Notes: generated by a model not told the origin, from the sequence alone. Shown: positions 53,303 to 64,000, counted from the first letter of the stretch. The stretch is 64,000 nucleotides of DNA from Narcine bancroftii (GCF_036971445.1 NC_091478.1:10540001-10604000); one strand, 5' to 3'. Numbers and translations are program-made.

Positions 53303-54636
53303 CTGCGAGGTCAGATGATTGGCGGACGTCCCCTGTCCACCAGAGGGCGTGCCTGCAAGTGCGAGGCCGGGTGATTGGCGGACGTCCCTTGTCCACCAGA
53401 GGGCGTTCCTGCAACTGCGAGGCCGGGTGATTGGCGGACGTCCCCTGTCCACCAGAGGGCGTTCCTGCAGCTGCGAGGCCGGGTGATTGGTGGTCGTCCC
53501 CAGGCCATTAGAGGGCGTGCCTGCAGCTGCGAGGCCGGGTGATTGGCGGACGTCCCCTGTCCATTAGAGGGCGTGCCTGCAGCTGCGAGGCCGGGTGATT
53601 GGCGGACGTCCCCTGTCCACCAGAGGGCGTTCCTGCTGCTGCGAGGCCGGGTGATTGGTGGACGTCCCCTGTCCACCAGAGGGCGTGCTGCAGCTGCGAG
53701 GCCGGGTGATTGGCTGACGTCCCCTGTCCACCAAAGGGCGCGCCTGCAGCTGCGAGGCCGGGTGATTGGCGGACGTCCCCTGTCCATTAGAGGGCGTGCC
53801 TGCAGCTGCGAGGCCGGGTGATTGGCGGACGTCCCCTGTCCACCAGAGGGCGCGCCTGCTGCTGCGAGGCCGGGTGATTGGTGGACGTCCCCTGTCCATC
53901 AGAGGGCGCGCTTGCAAGTGCGAGGCCGGGTGATTGGCTGACGTCCCCTGTCCACCAGAGGGCGCGCCTGCAGCTGCGAGGCCGGGTGATTGGCGGACGT
54001 CCCCTGTCAATTAGAGGGCGTGCCTGCAGCTGCGAGGCCGGGTGATTGGCGGACGTCCCCTGTCCACCAGAGGGCGCGCCTGCTGCTGCGAGGCCGGGTG
54101 ATTGGTGGACGTCCCCTGTCCAATAGAGGGCGCGCTTGCAACTGCGAGGCCGGGTGATTGGCTGACGTCGCCTGTCCACCAGAGGGCGCGCCTGCAGCTG
54201 CGAGGCCGGGTGATTGGCGGACGTCCCCTGTCCACCAGAGGGCGTTCCTGCTGCTACGAGGCCGGGTGATTGGCGGACGTCCCCTGTCCATCAGAGGGCG
54301 CGCTTGCAAGTGCGAGGCCGGGTGATTGGCTGACGTCCCCTGTCCACCAGAGGGCGCGCCTGCAGCTGCGAGGCCGGGTGATTGGCGGACGTCCCCTGTC
54401 CATTAGAGGGCGTGCCTGCAGCTGCGAGGCCGGGTGATTGGCGGACGTCCCCTGTCCACCAGAGGGCGCGCCTGCTGCTGCGAGGCCGGGTGATTGGTGG
54501 ACGTCCCCTGTCCAATAGAGGGCGCGCTTGCAACTGCGAGGCCGGGTGATTGGCTGACGTCCCCTGTCCACCAGAGGGCGCGCCTGCAGCTGCGAGGCCG
54601 GGTGATTGGCGGACGTCCCCTGTCCATTAGAGGGCG
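53303..54636 (+). repeat. 56-bp tandem array, 24 units; consensus TGCGAGGCCGGGTGATTGGCGGACGTCCCCTGTCCACCAGAGGGCGCGCCTGCAGC; occupies the PSTK promoter position
   Basis: Units counted by eye from the core at 53337 to the core at 54624. Each has TGATTGG (inverted CCAAT box). Thirteen have exact CCACCAGAGGGCG; the rest differ by 1-3 nt. Confidence 0.95.
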
Positions 54637-54661
54637 GGCCGGCCGACCGCGGCGTCGGCGG

Positions 54662-54841
54662 ATGAAGGGCGTCTGCGTGTGTGTGGTGGCCGGCCTGCCG
54701 GCTGCGGGGAAGAGCACGTTCGCTCGCCTTCTGCCCCAGTTCCTGCGGCCCAGGTTCGAGTCGGTGCTGCTGTGTTACGACGATGTGATTCCCGGGGAAG
54801 CTCTGGAGGCCACGGCGCAGGTGGGTGACGCCACGGCGCAG
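54662..54841 (+). CDS. PSTK: PSTK exon 1, L-seryl-tRNA(Sec) kinase (P-loop GLPAAGKST); alternative donor at 54820
   Basis: MKGVCVCVVAGLPAAGKSTFAR...YDDVIP matches the PSTK Walker A and YDD motifs. Donors CAG|gtgggt at 54820 and CAG|gtgagt at 54841 are both phase 0. Confidence 0.9.
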
Positions 54842-55054
54842 GTGAGTGACGCCACGGCCAGTGGGTTGCATTAAGGCCACAAGGGTGTCTTCGCCAGGGC
54901 AGCAGCAGCACCTCCATCTAGTGGCGGCGGCGGCCCTGACTCCGGGCCACGACGGCTCCAGGGGGTCTATCCCGGGGTGATAAATGGACCTTGGTCCATT
55001 TCCTTTTCGAGTACTGAAACCGTGCACATAACGAGTCAATGAGGGACGATGACA

Positions 55055-55185
55055 GCAGGGGTTCCCAACCTTTTTCTTCCCACTCACATCCCACTTTAAG
55101 CAATCCCCAGGCCATCGGCGTCCTATGGTTAGTAAGGGATTGCTTAAGGCGGGATGTGGGTGAAAAGAAAAAAGGTTGGAAAAAA
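55055..55185. mobile_element. hAT/Charlie-like MITE in PSTK intron 1 (second copy at about 55397-55506)
   Basis: Termini of the CAGGGGTTCCCAACC...GGTTGG and GGTTCTC...GAGAACCACTG type. Confidence 0.65.
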
Positions 55186-55802
55186 AACATTCACGCACGT
55201 GGTCTAAATATGGCCATTTAAGTTTTCTGTCAACTCCATTTGGGTTGAAAAGTCTGTTTATTTTTTCATTAATGCCAGTTTTGACATTTAATTGTCCCGC
55301 CTTGACTCGTTTATGTGCACGGTTTCAGAACTCCAAAGAAAATGGGCCAAGGACCATTTTTCCCACGCCAAGTATTTCGGTAACAAATGGGTCTGGAGCG
55401 GTGGTTCTCGGCCTTCCCGCTGCTCACGTACTGCCTTAAGCGACCCTTTACTAATCACAGAGCACTGATGGTATGTGAGTGGAGAGAAAAAGTTTGAGAA
55501 CCACTGGGTCTAAAATATCTCTGTTGCAAGAGCATGGGTGAGAACTGTTAATCTTAGATTTTTTTAAGGAGGATAAAGCATCCGTCTTTCATTTGAAACA
55601 AACATGGGTCTCTAGTGGATCTATGCTCATTTCATTGGAACATAGTAAAAACTTGAATTGTGGATATATTTTGGAGCTGTCTGATATCTTTGATGTCCAT
55701 TATCTGATTAAGCATGGAATTCTGAAAACGTAACATTCCGAAAAAAGTTCCCACCAAGGAGGTGTGCACATGGTCTAAATATTGCCAAATTTTGACTTGC
55801 AG

Positions 55803-56091
55803 AGTTCACTGTGGAAATTGTACAGGCATAAACTGCTGGAAAATGTTGAATGCCTAATTCAGGCGATTAATGGGAATGGCCACCTTTCTCTTTCTGGCAA
55901 TGAAAAGGACTTGGTGGGGGAGTGCTTTATTCAGTCGCTGAAACAACAGCAAATTATTCCTGGAGAAACCCACCATGGAAAGCAGCAATACCCAGTTTGC
56001 ATCACACATTCAAAGCCCTTCATTATAATTTTGGATGACAACTTCTACTATCAAAGTATGAGATACGAGGTTTACCAGATGGTGAGGCGAA
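55803..56091 (+). CDS. PSTK: PSTK exon 2
   Basis: SSLWKLYRHKLL...IILDDNFYYQSMRYEVYQMVR, with the PSTK DDNFYY.SMRYEVYQ motif. Acceptor ttgcag, donor A|gtaag, 289 nt. Confidence 0.95.
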
Positions 56092-57457
56092 GTAAGTTCC
56101 CTGTGGCGACTTTATAATTATAGTTTGTCTAATAATGTATATGAAAACTTGCAACATCCTTACTAACAAAATATAGTACCCTTTGTAAATGTGATAACGA
56201 TGCAACAATTTAACATCTTGACACACGCGTAAGTAATGTTTAAGGTTTTGAAACTTCACATTTCATTCACATTTTAAAATGATGATAAATATCAGCAAAT
56301 AGTATTGTTACAAAGAATCTTCTGTAGAATCCATTACGGTGGTGATCGATTTGATGATGTGATGGGTCTGCTTCTGGCCTTAAATTTCTTTTGAAGGCCC
56401 TCATTCCTTAGTAATAATTGAATCGCACACAGTATTGTAAATTAAGACTACATTTTGCTGTGCTGATGAACTTTGAGTCCACTAATGGGGTAAACTGTTC
56501 ATTTAAAAGTTGAGTCAGTGATAGATTGGAATATGTTCCACTGAGATTTGTTGCACTATTGGAATGATTAGGATTGCAAGGATCTGTTTACAAGATTCCA
56601 AGCTTCTGTTTACTTCTATCTCAAGATTGCTTTTAAATAATGGGCAGAATTTTAGGATAATTATAAAAGGCACAGGTAAAATTATTTTATGCAATTTAAA
56701 GCCTGTTTCAACAGACCTCCTCAATAATAGGAGTGGCAAATAAACTTAGCAGTGTACTACTGAAGTATGTAAAGTAAGAGGGGTCCAATACTAATCAGTC
56801 TGTTGAGCTGGGGCAATAATTGGGTAAATAATGTGGCTTATTTCAAAAACTGCTGAGAAAAATCGGCTAGTTTTTTTGTCCTTAATGTCTATTCAATAAT
56901 CTGCATAGCAGCAGAATTGGAAAGGACAGGGATGAGTTCAGTTGCAGTGACGATACTTTGAATAACTTGGTAAACAATTCTTCTGATTATTGAGCTAGCA
57001 GTGGAATGGAGAATGTTGAAAAATGAGCTGTGTTGCCTAAATAAAGAATGGTCACATAGGTTTCTAAATGAAGAGGAAACTGGAATTTATGGTGATAGAT
57101 TGTGGAGTGGGCCACACTGTTTACATAGACTTAATCAGGGTTTGATGTCTCAGTGTCTCATTTAGAGAAGAAATGTACAAAACTTAATGCTCAGAATAGT
57201 GTACAAGACAGGAGTGCACATTTATTGACTGTTATATACTATGCTTCACACTGCAGTTGAGATGTGCTGTATCTGGCCTGGATTGATTCAAGCTAACCAG
57301 GGATTTTTTTTTTAGCCTATTAAGATTCAATATAATTTTATTGATTTTAGCAAAATCAGAATACCAAGGTGAGTGCTGAAGTGGAATATCAACTTCATAA
57401 TAATTATGACAGAAATTAAAGTTAAGATAAAACATTCACCACTCTATTTCCTAAAAG

Positions 57458-57659
57458 ATTCCATAGGCTTCTTGCAGCTCTTTCTGAAGTGCCCAGTTGA
57501 ATTATGTCTGAAGAGGAATCATGAGCGGGGTTGTCTGGTAAACGATGAAACAATAATTCTGATGTCAACAAAAATCCAGCTGCCAGACCCTGAGAAAAAT
57601 TCATGGGAAAAGAACAGTATTATACTGAACAATTCAGAAAATATAGTAGAAGATGAGAT
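57458..57659 (+). CDS. PSTK: PSTK exon 3
   Basis: SIGFLQLFLKCPVELCLKRNHER...PDPEKNSWEKNS. Acceptor aaag, donor AT|gtaagt, 202 nt. Confidence 0.93.
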
Positions 57660-59119
57660 GTAAGTCAGTTTTAAATTTTCTAATTGGTATTAATTTTCTT
57701 TAATACTTATATGCATGTTTGGTTGGGGAAACAATAGCATCCAACTTGGGAGGCTATGCATCAGTTGTTTTGGAAAATTAACTATTTCTATTGTTGGTTG
57801 GTGAATTTTTGTTTCCATCCGTGAAATGGTTCATTTATATTTATCCTTTGAGAAGTCTATCTTCCTTGCCAAGGGAACTTTATGATGTGTAATAGGGGCT
57901 CACTTCAGCCTGGGGACACGATACAGTAAAGATACTGACTATTTTTGAATTTGGAATATTAGTTTATTGCCAAGTGTACTGAGAGGAAAAAATGGTTCCA
58001 TTTTAAATTTGAAAGTTCACAGAAATTCTTTAAAAGTTACATGATCAAATTGGATTTCTAGCATTTTGGCCGAACAGAAAATTCACAGCAGCTTCCTGCT
58101 TTCCAGGAACTGTTCAGTCATAAGCAGGGGGATGGGAATGCAGCACAAATAGATGCTCTGTACCATCGGTTGTGCAGTCCCAGTAAGATCGGGTTGCGTG
58201 ATCAGTAACGCACCTGTACCTACCCAAGTTGCCGTCGCACTCTCACGGGTGACCTCCACTGTCCTAGCTGCTCCTTCCTTCTCTCAGTAACCACAACCAC
58301 CATGTAGTGTGAGTTTGAGTACTTTCCTGCCAAGCAAGGGGTTGGTGGTAGCATAGTGGTTCAATCCTGGCACTATTCCAGATGGAACAAAGCCCACACC
58401 AAGGATTTTGTCACTGATTGATGACAAAGGGGAGTTGATGGACATGTGAGAGAGGATAAATTGCAAGATGGCAAAGAGGGAATGGATCTATTGTGAGGTT
58501 ACATTGACCTAATGCGTCAAAGAATGGGCCAGTGTGTCATAAGTAAGAATGTTGTAATTTAAAAATTATTGTTGAGCTTTGCACTGATAACATCATTTTT
58601 GTTTACAGTGAAGAATGACAGATCATTTATGAAATTTCCCAGAGTCGATGTAACTTCAGTTTTGCTCTAAAATGAATGACCTTGCATCAATTGCCGCAGT
58701 TGCTTGACTTGGAGTATTCTTGTTTTAATTACTGACACTAGATAGAGTTCCAGTTCCTGACCAACTTCCTGCAGTCTTTAAACAAAAAAGGATGTAGTTG
58801 GGGACAGTTTAGTCAACAAAGTATCAAGACTATGGCATCTTGGAGAGTGATGCTCACAAATGAGTGAAGAGTTTGTAAAGAGTAAAGCAGTACAAAATTA
58901 TTAAAGTGGGAATTTTAAAAACATCATCACTCTGCTATGCTTTCATAATTTTGCTTTTTTTGCCATCACTGGGAGTAAACTAAGAAATGTTGATTTCAAC
59001 AATGTTGCCAAAATATTGTCAAATCTGTTTCTCATACTTAGTTTAAATCCAGTATTATGTACATTAATTTAAATCAAATATTAATGTACATTCATATCCA
59101 TTCATAATTTGTTTTACAG

Positions 59120-59195
59120 ACAAAAGATATTTCAACTCCTTGAGAGTTCATTAGAAAATCCAGAGAAGCCATTGGAAGAAAACACTGAGCAAAAG
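59120..59195 (+). CDS. PSTK: PSTK exon 4
   Basis: QKIFQLLESSLENPEKPLEENTEQK. Acceptor tacag, donor AAG|gtaaat, 76 nt, phases consistent. Confidence 0.9.
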
Positions 59196-59677
59196 GTAAA
59201 TAAATGTAATGGTTTACACCATTTATTATATTCAATTAATTTAGTTTTAAATCTTGACTATTAAGCAATTGTATTTCTCCAAATTATTACCCAGTGAAAT
59301 TTCTGAATTGAGATGAGTTCAGAACTTGACAATCATTGGAATGCAAGAAAGAAACATCAAGTCGGACATCTCAAACCTCAACATTACATATTTAATTGTT
59401 TAAGTGAAAGGTTGCTTTCCATTTGTTCTCAGGCAATTGGAAATATAATCATTTCGTGTTTACAACTTAATAAAAGTTCAAATTGTGTGGCTTGTAAATG
59501 GAAATGTGTGTGAATAAATACTGCTTTTACTTGCTGTATTGACCAAGTATGTTGCCAACTGGGGCACAACTCTGGTTAAGGTTTAATTTAAATTTTCAAG
59601 AACCTATTTTGTCCAACAATAATATTTTGGCCAAATTATATAATTATTCAAAATGTTTCCTTTTGATTGTAACATAG

Positions 59678-59771
59678 GAGAGGGATCGTGCAATTTGTGC
59701 AGTTAGTGCTCTTCATCAAGCTGATCAAACCTTTCGCCGCTTGGTATCTCAGTCTATGAAAACTGCAAAAG
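59678..59771 (+). CDS. PSTK: PSTK exon 5
   Basis: ERDRAICAVSALHQADQTFRRLVSQSMKTAK. 94 nt, canonical splice sites. Confidence 0.92.
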
Positions 59772-60108
59772 GTACAACTAATATATTATGAAAACTTAAA
59801 ATGGGTTCATAAATCCATCAAGCAAACTATTCATTATGGTTCATTTCAAAAAGGGACAGAATTGTAAATGCTGAGATGCAGTGAAACTTCGTATTGATTG
59901 CATTTGGAGAACTGTGCCTGTATTGTAAGGAAGATGTAGAAGTGGTGGGGAAGATGCAAAATAGCATCATCATAAGTATGAATTTAGAACTGTATGTGTA
60001 TCAATAAAGCTCAGTGAACCAATGGAAAAATATTTAAAGTACATAATGTAGATATTGTTAATATTTTGTTTTCACATTTCTTGCTTTGTTAATTTATTTC
60101 TGCTCTAG

Positions 60109-60320
60109 CTAAGAAACTATCAAAGCTTAATTTGAAGTTGTTGTCTGGAGAATTGAACAAGCTTAAGACTGTGCTTTTGGAAGACCTTCGACATCTTACC
60201 TTCCAGGGCAACCCTTCAAAGCTTTCTGATGATGTTGATGCAATTGTCGTAGAAGCTGCACATGAATTTGACCATAAAAAGGAAGAAATTCTTAAGAATT
60301 TTCTAAAATCCTCAAATTAA
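60109..60320 (+). CDS. PSTK: PSTK last coding exon; spliced CDS 1053 nt, 350 aa (343 aa with the upstream donor)
   Basis: Acceptor ctctag after a polypyrimidine tract; LKLLSGELNKLK...LEDLR; TAA at 60318-60320; AATAAA near 60510. Confidence 0.88.
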
Positions 60321-60947
60321 CAATTCACTGTACTGTTACTTATCCTCATCTGTACCTTGTGATGCCTTTATGAGAAGATGTTATCTGCTAAAGAACTGTG
60401 GAGAATTGGTATGGTCTTCTGTAATGGTGAGGTCCACTGAGAAAGTACATGAAACTTGTGCAATATGTAGCAAATCTGTTGAAACATTCAAGCATTTCCT
60501 ATGTACAAAAATAAAATGCTGTGGACTCTGCCGAGCTGAAATAAAAACATTGAGATGCTCCACTGTTGATGTTAATAAGTCTAGAGCTGCAGGGAAAGGT
60601 TGTTATGGGATAGGATGCAGACAAATTAAGCAATAATTAGTACAATGATGTGGGTGTGGTAATTGGTGAAGTAAAGAAACCAGTAACTAATTTAGAGCAG
60701 GTCTAAATCATTATTATCAAAATCAGCAGATGGCTTTAATATTTTTGGGGTGGATGGTGCTGAACATTTATCCTTGAGGATATAGAATATTTAGGCAAAT
60801 TCTTCTATTTCAGCTGTAATTGTTGAACCTTTAGAAAAAGTTCAGAGATTATAAACAAATAACTACTTTTCAAGAGGACAAAAATAATCCAAGCTAGTTT
60901 TAAATCCGATACTTCAGAGTCTATGCAGCCAGTAGAGTTGAAAATCT

Positions 60948-61540
60948 GTGATACCATCTGTCTGGATTGTGGGCAGTCATATGTCTTCCCCATCTGAAAC
61001 TGATTGGAAAGTCACATCACCTGCCAATCATGGTTGGACTCCAGCTACCCATTTGTGCACACTTTGCTGTGGGCTAATTTAAAACACCTGGGGTCATTAT
61101 TGGCTAGAAGCACAGATTATCATTGAACATAGCACCAACTCACAGCACATTCTTTCTCTCTGCCTTGTGGTCCAAGCCCCAGACCTCGCTCCGTGTCAAG
61201 TCGCTGCTGCGAACATTGCTGGAATTGTCACAGGTAAGGTGTGCACGACACTGAAGATGAGCCATAGTATTGCGATAGATCAATACACACAGAGAGCTGC
61301 AACCCAGTTGCTGAGGGAACCAGGTGTGGGTGTAAGGGCCTCTGTTTGTAGTGTGTGAGCGGGTCGAGTATAGGTTTACCGTTGTTGGAATCCAACCGAA
61401 TGTCTATAATCAACGCTCAAGTGAAATAGTGGTCGAGTACCGTTTAACGTTCTCCTGTTTGCGTGTGTTAATAAAAGTGGTGTGATTGTAACACCTATGT
61501 CCAGACTTGTCTCTCTGTGAACCTACCTAACCTAATATAT
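60948..61540 (+). mobile_element. Probable solo LTR
   Basis: Starts TGTG, has TATA-like tttaaaa near 61078 and AATAAA near 61470. The 3' terminus is degenerate. Confidence 0.4.
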
Positions 61541-61599
61541 ACTTTTCCAAGCCAGTTTTTAATCAGATACTTCAGAGCCTATGCAGCCAGAAGATCTAT

Positions 61600-62020
61600 G
61601 ATACTATCTTTGTGTCTTTCTTGCATTTTTAAACCCTTTCTTACCATAAATCTGTCCAAATGAAGCTTCTCTAGCTTCCTCTGGTGGTTTGTGGTAGAAA
61701 TGGGCTCTCCTATGAAAAAGGTTGTCCCTCCGGTTCCTCTTAAACCTCTCCTTTCTCACCCTAAATCTCTGCCTTCTAGAATAATTTTCCCCAGAAAATA
61801 GACTGAGTATTCCCCTCATCCTTCACAATTTCATATACTGCAAAGTTATTTCTCAGCCTATTGGGCTCTAGGGAATAAAGATCCATCCCTCTCCCTCTGG
61901 CAAGCTCACAAATTCCTGGAACATGCTGGCAGATTTCTTCTGCGCCTTCCCTTTTATAGCTGGGTGACCAGAACTGCTCACGGTACTGTGTGGTCAGCAC
62001 ACTTTATGCAGCTGTCATAT
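61600..62020 (-). mobile_element. CR1 LINE 3' fragment
   Basis: QFWSPSYK...LYSLE..RLR motifs on the minus strand. Confidence 0.7.
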
Positions 62021-64000
62021 TGACACATAGAACATTACAGCATGCTACAGTCCTATGAGGCCAACTTCACCATGATCAAACCTTTCCCTCCCTCAAGCCC
62101 ATAACCTCTTTCTCCTGGATCTATGTGCCTAAATAAGAATCTTTTAAATGTCCCTAATGTACCAGCCTCTCCCCCCCAACCTTGGGCAATGCATTCCAGG
62201 CGTTCGCCACTCTCAAACATCTGAGATAGACAAAAATTGCAGGTGCTGGAATCTTGAGCAAACTGAGAAGCTGGAGGGAAGTCACAATTGTTGCACTCAA
62301 ATATCCTGCCCTGTGAAAGGAAGCATACCAAATGCTGCCTTCACTGTTACACTATGTTACTTGGTCTCTCACTTCAACAACACCCTGGAGCGCTTACTCA
62401 TAAGTAAAAGGCAAAAACCTGTTAGGACCATATAACCACTTACGGAGGGGAAACAGGCCATGTTGGCCTTTCGAGTCCACACCGGTTCACTGATTTTGTG
62501 CGCCCTCTTCAGGCATTGGTCCCGGTAGATCTTCATTCAATAACGATGGGCGAATTCAATGCAGGTGGAATCAGATAATAGCAAAACTATGAGCAAACAG
62601 ATTGGCTGTCTGTGTACCAAAAATAGTAAAACTTGACGAAACTGGATTTATTAAGAAAAGACAAACAATGGACAATATCTCTACCAAATCTTACATAACT
62701 AAATTTTTGTCTATTTTAAGTAGAGATCCAGGAAGGAGACATCCTCACACACACCTTTAAAGCAAACTTCACCTATTTGCCAGTCCAGAGCAATACAACA
62801 GTTGGCCTACTAGCAAACTTTGATTTTTTTTTGTAGAAAAATTACAAACCATTAGATTCAAAAGCTGCATTTTTACTCTTTATTCAGGTAGTTCAAATAA
62901 AATTAGATAGTACTATTAAAAGTTCTGTAATTAAATAGAAGTGGAGGTTTTGTATTTGCATTTTCACAGTGAGATGTATTAAAACTATTTGTTAACATTT
63001 CATTCTTGGGGATTAAATATTGAAGGTCTCAAGGATTCTGTACATCAGTTTAAACAGCATCTCCTTTAAAATCTCCTAAATCAGTATTAAAGTAACATTC
63101 TCCAATTTTACATTATAAAACCACAAATAGTTCAATCAATTTAATTTTAATTTTCAGTAAGTGAAAAGTAGCTGCTAACAATTGACAATTTCCTTCCCAA
63201 AAATCTTGATTTTGGTGTCCTTGACCAAGAAACTCCTTTTGTTTAACTTTTGATTAAGTTATCTATGTCAAAAATATACATATAGTCAGTCAACTTAACG
63301 AGAACAATGGTGATTGTGAAAAAATGCAAACAAATAAAAAGTGATGGCTACTCAAAATGAGCACAAGTAACTGAACATCTTCAATTTCACAGGACACTCC
63401 ACAGTTGGCACAATTAGGTGAATTAAATGTGATGTGTTCCGGATATTTGGATCTGAATTTTGCAAATGAAGTTCTACATCAGCAATGGAACCCCATTTAG
63501 TATATATTAAGAATCTGTTTTATTTCAAGTAGGTGTCATGGATGATGAATTTCCCTGAGCAATTTTATGTGCAGTTCAGCCATAGCATTCCTTGTGTGAT
63601 CCAAATTTTGAAGATCAATGGTTATTTTCTAAGTAATGAAAGCATGAACGAATGGACTGTCTCGACTGTAAACTACTCTTATTAACAATTTCACATCCAT
63701 TTAAAACAAAACGATATTCCTGAGACTAGAGTTTGCTTCCTGAAATCAAATCCCAGCTGCAACACTAATGTAGGCAAATGAGAAACTGTGGATGCTGGAA
63801 AACTGGAGCAACACATAAAATGTTGGAGGAACTGAGCAGATCAGGCGGCATCAGTGCAAGGGAATAGAGAGCTAACATTTTGGACCGAGACCTTTTGTCC
63901 GTGCTCAGAACAAATAACACTTCAGAAACAGGCCTTTCAGCCCATGACGAACTATTCCCCAGTCCTGATGAAAACTGTTGGCACACAACATTGACCTTCC

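Noticed and set aside
53303-54636. CRISPR-like array
   Set aside because: Units repeat along their whole length with no unique spacers, there are no cas genes, and the DNA is vertebrate.
53175-55198. Long minus-strand ORFs (up to 314 aa) over the array and PSTK exon 1
   Set aside because: They are repetitive translations of a GC-rich 56-bp unit that cycle through frames, antisense to PSTK, with no domain signal.
60320-60600. SECIS element or Sec recoding in PSTK
   Set aside because: The spliced PSTK ORF has no in-frame TGA and ends in TAA; PSTK is not a selenoprotein, and no convincing SECIS stem was seen.
62580-63760. 3' end of a neighbouring minus-strand gene
   Set aside because: AT-rich with poly(A)-like hexamers, but no coding exon is identifiable within the window.

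Overview
Eukaryotic, AT-rich vertebrate genomic DNA, not a prokaryotic window. The CR1, Penelope, Rex and HE1-type SINE landscape suggests a cartilaginous fish, but that is inference. It covers the ACADSB-IKZF5-PSTK locus. From left to right: (1) the first two coding exons of ACADSB on the minus strand, sharing a bidirectional CpG-island promoter with IKZF5 (Pegasus); (2) two complete, intact tandem IKZF5 genes (copy A 5073-15143, 414 aa; copy B 35117-44627, 417 aa), each with its own CpG island and the same 133/183-nt coding exon sizes; (3) an endogenous-retrovirus pol fragment; (4) a 24-unit, 56-bp tandem array ending about 25 bp before the ATG of (5) a six-exon PSTK gene on the plus strand. 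In the array every unit carries an NF-Y CCAAT box and a CTCF-like core in the same orientation. The rest is introns and intergenic DNA with LINE, SINE, MITE and solo-LTR remnants. The most notable signals are the CTCF/NF-Y promoter array with higher-order structure, the retained IKZF5 duplicate with asymmetric divergence, a probable fossil ACADSB exon 1 in the second promoter, and a duplicated in-frame splice donor in PSTK exon 1. All coordinates and comparisons were made by eye; comparisons with human genes are from memory and need checking.
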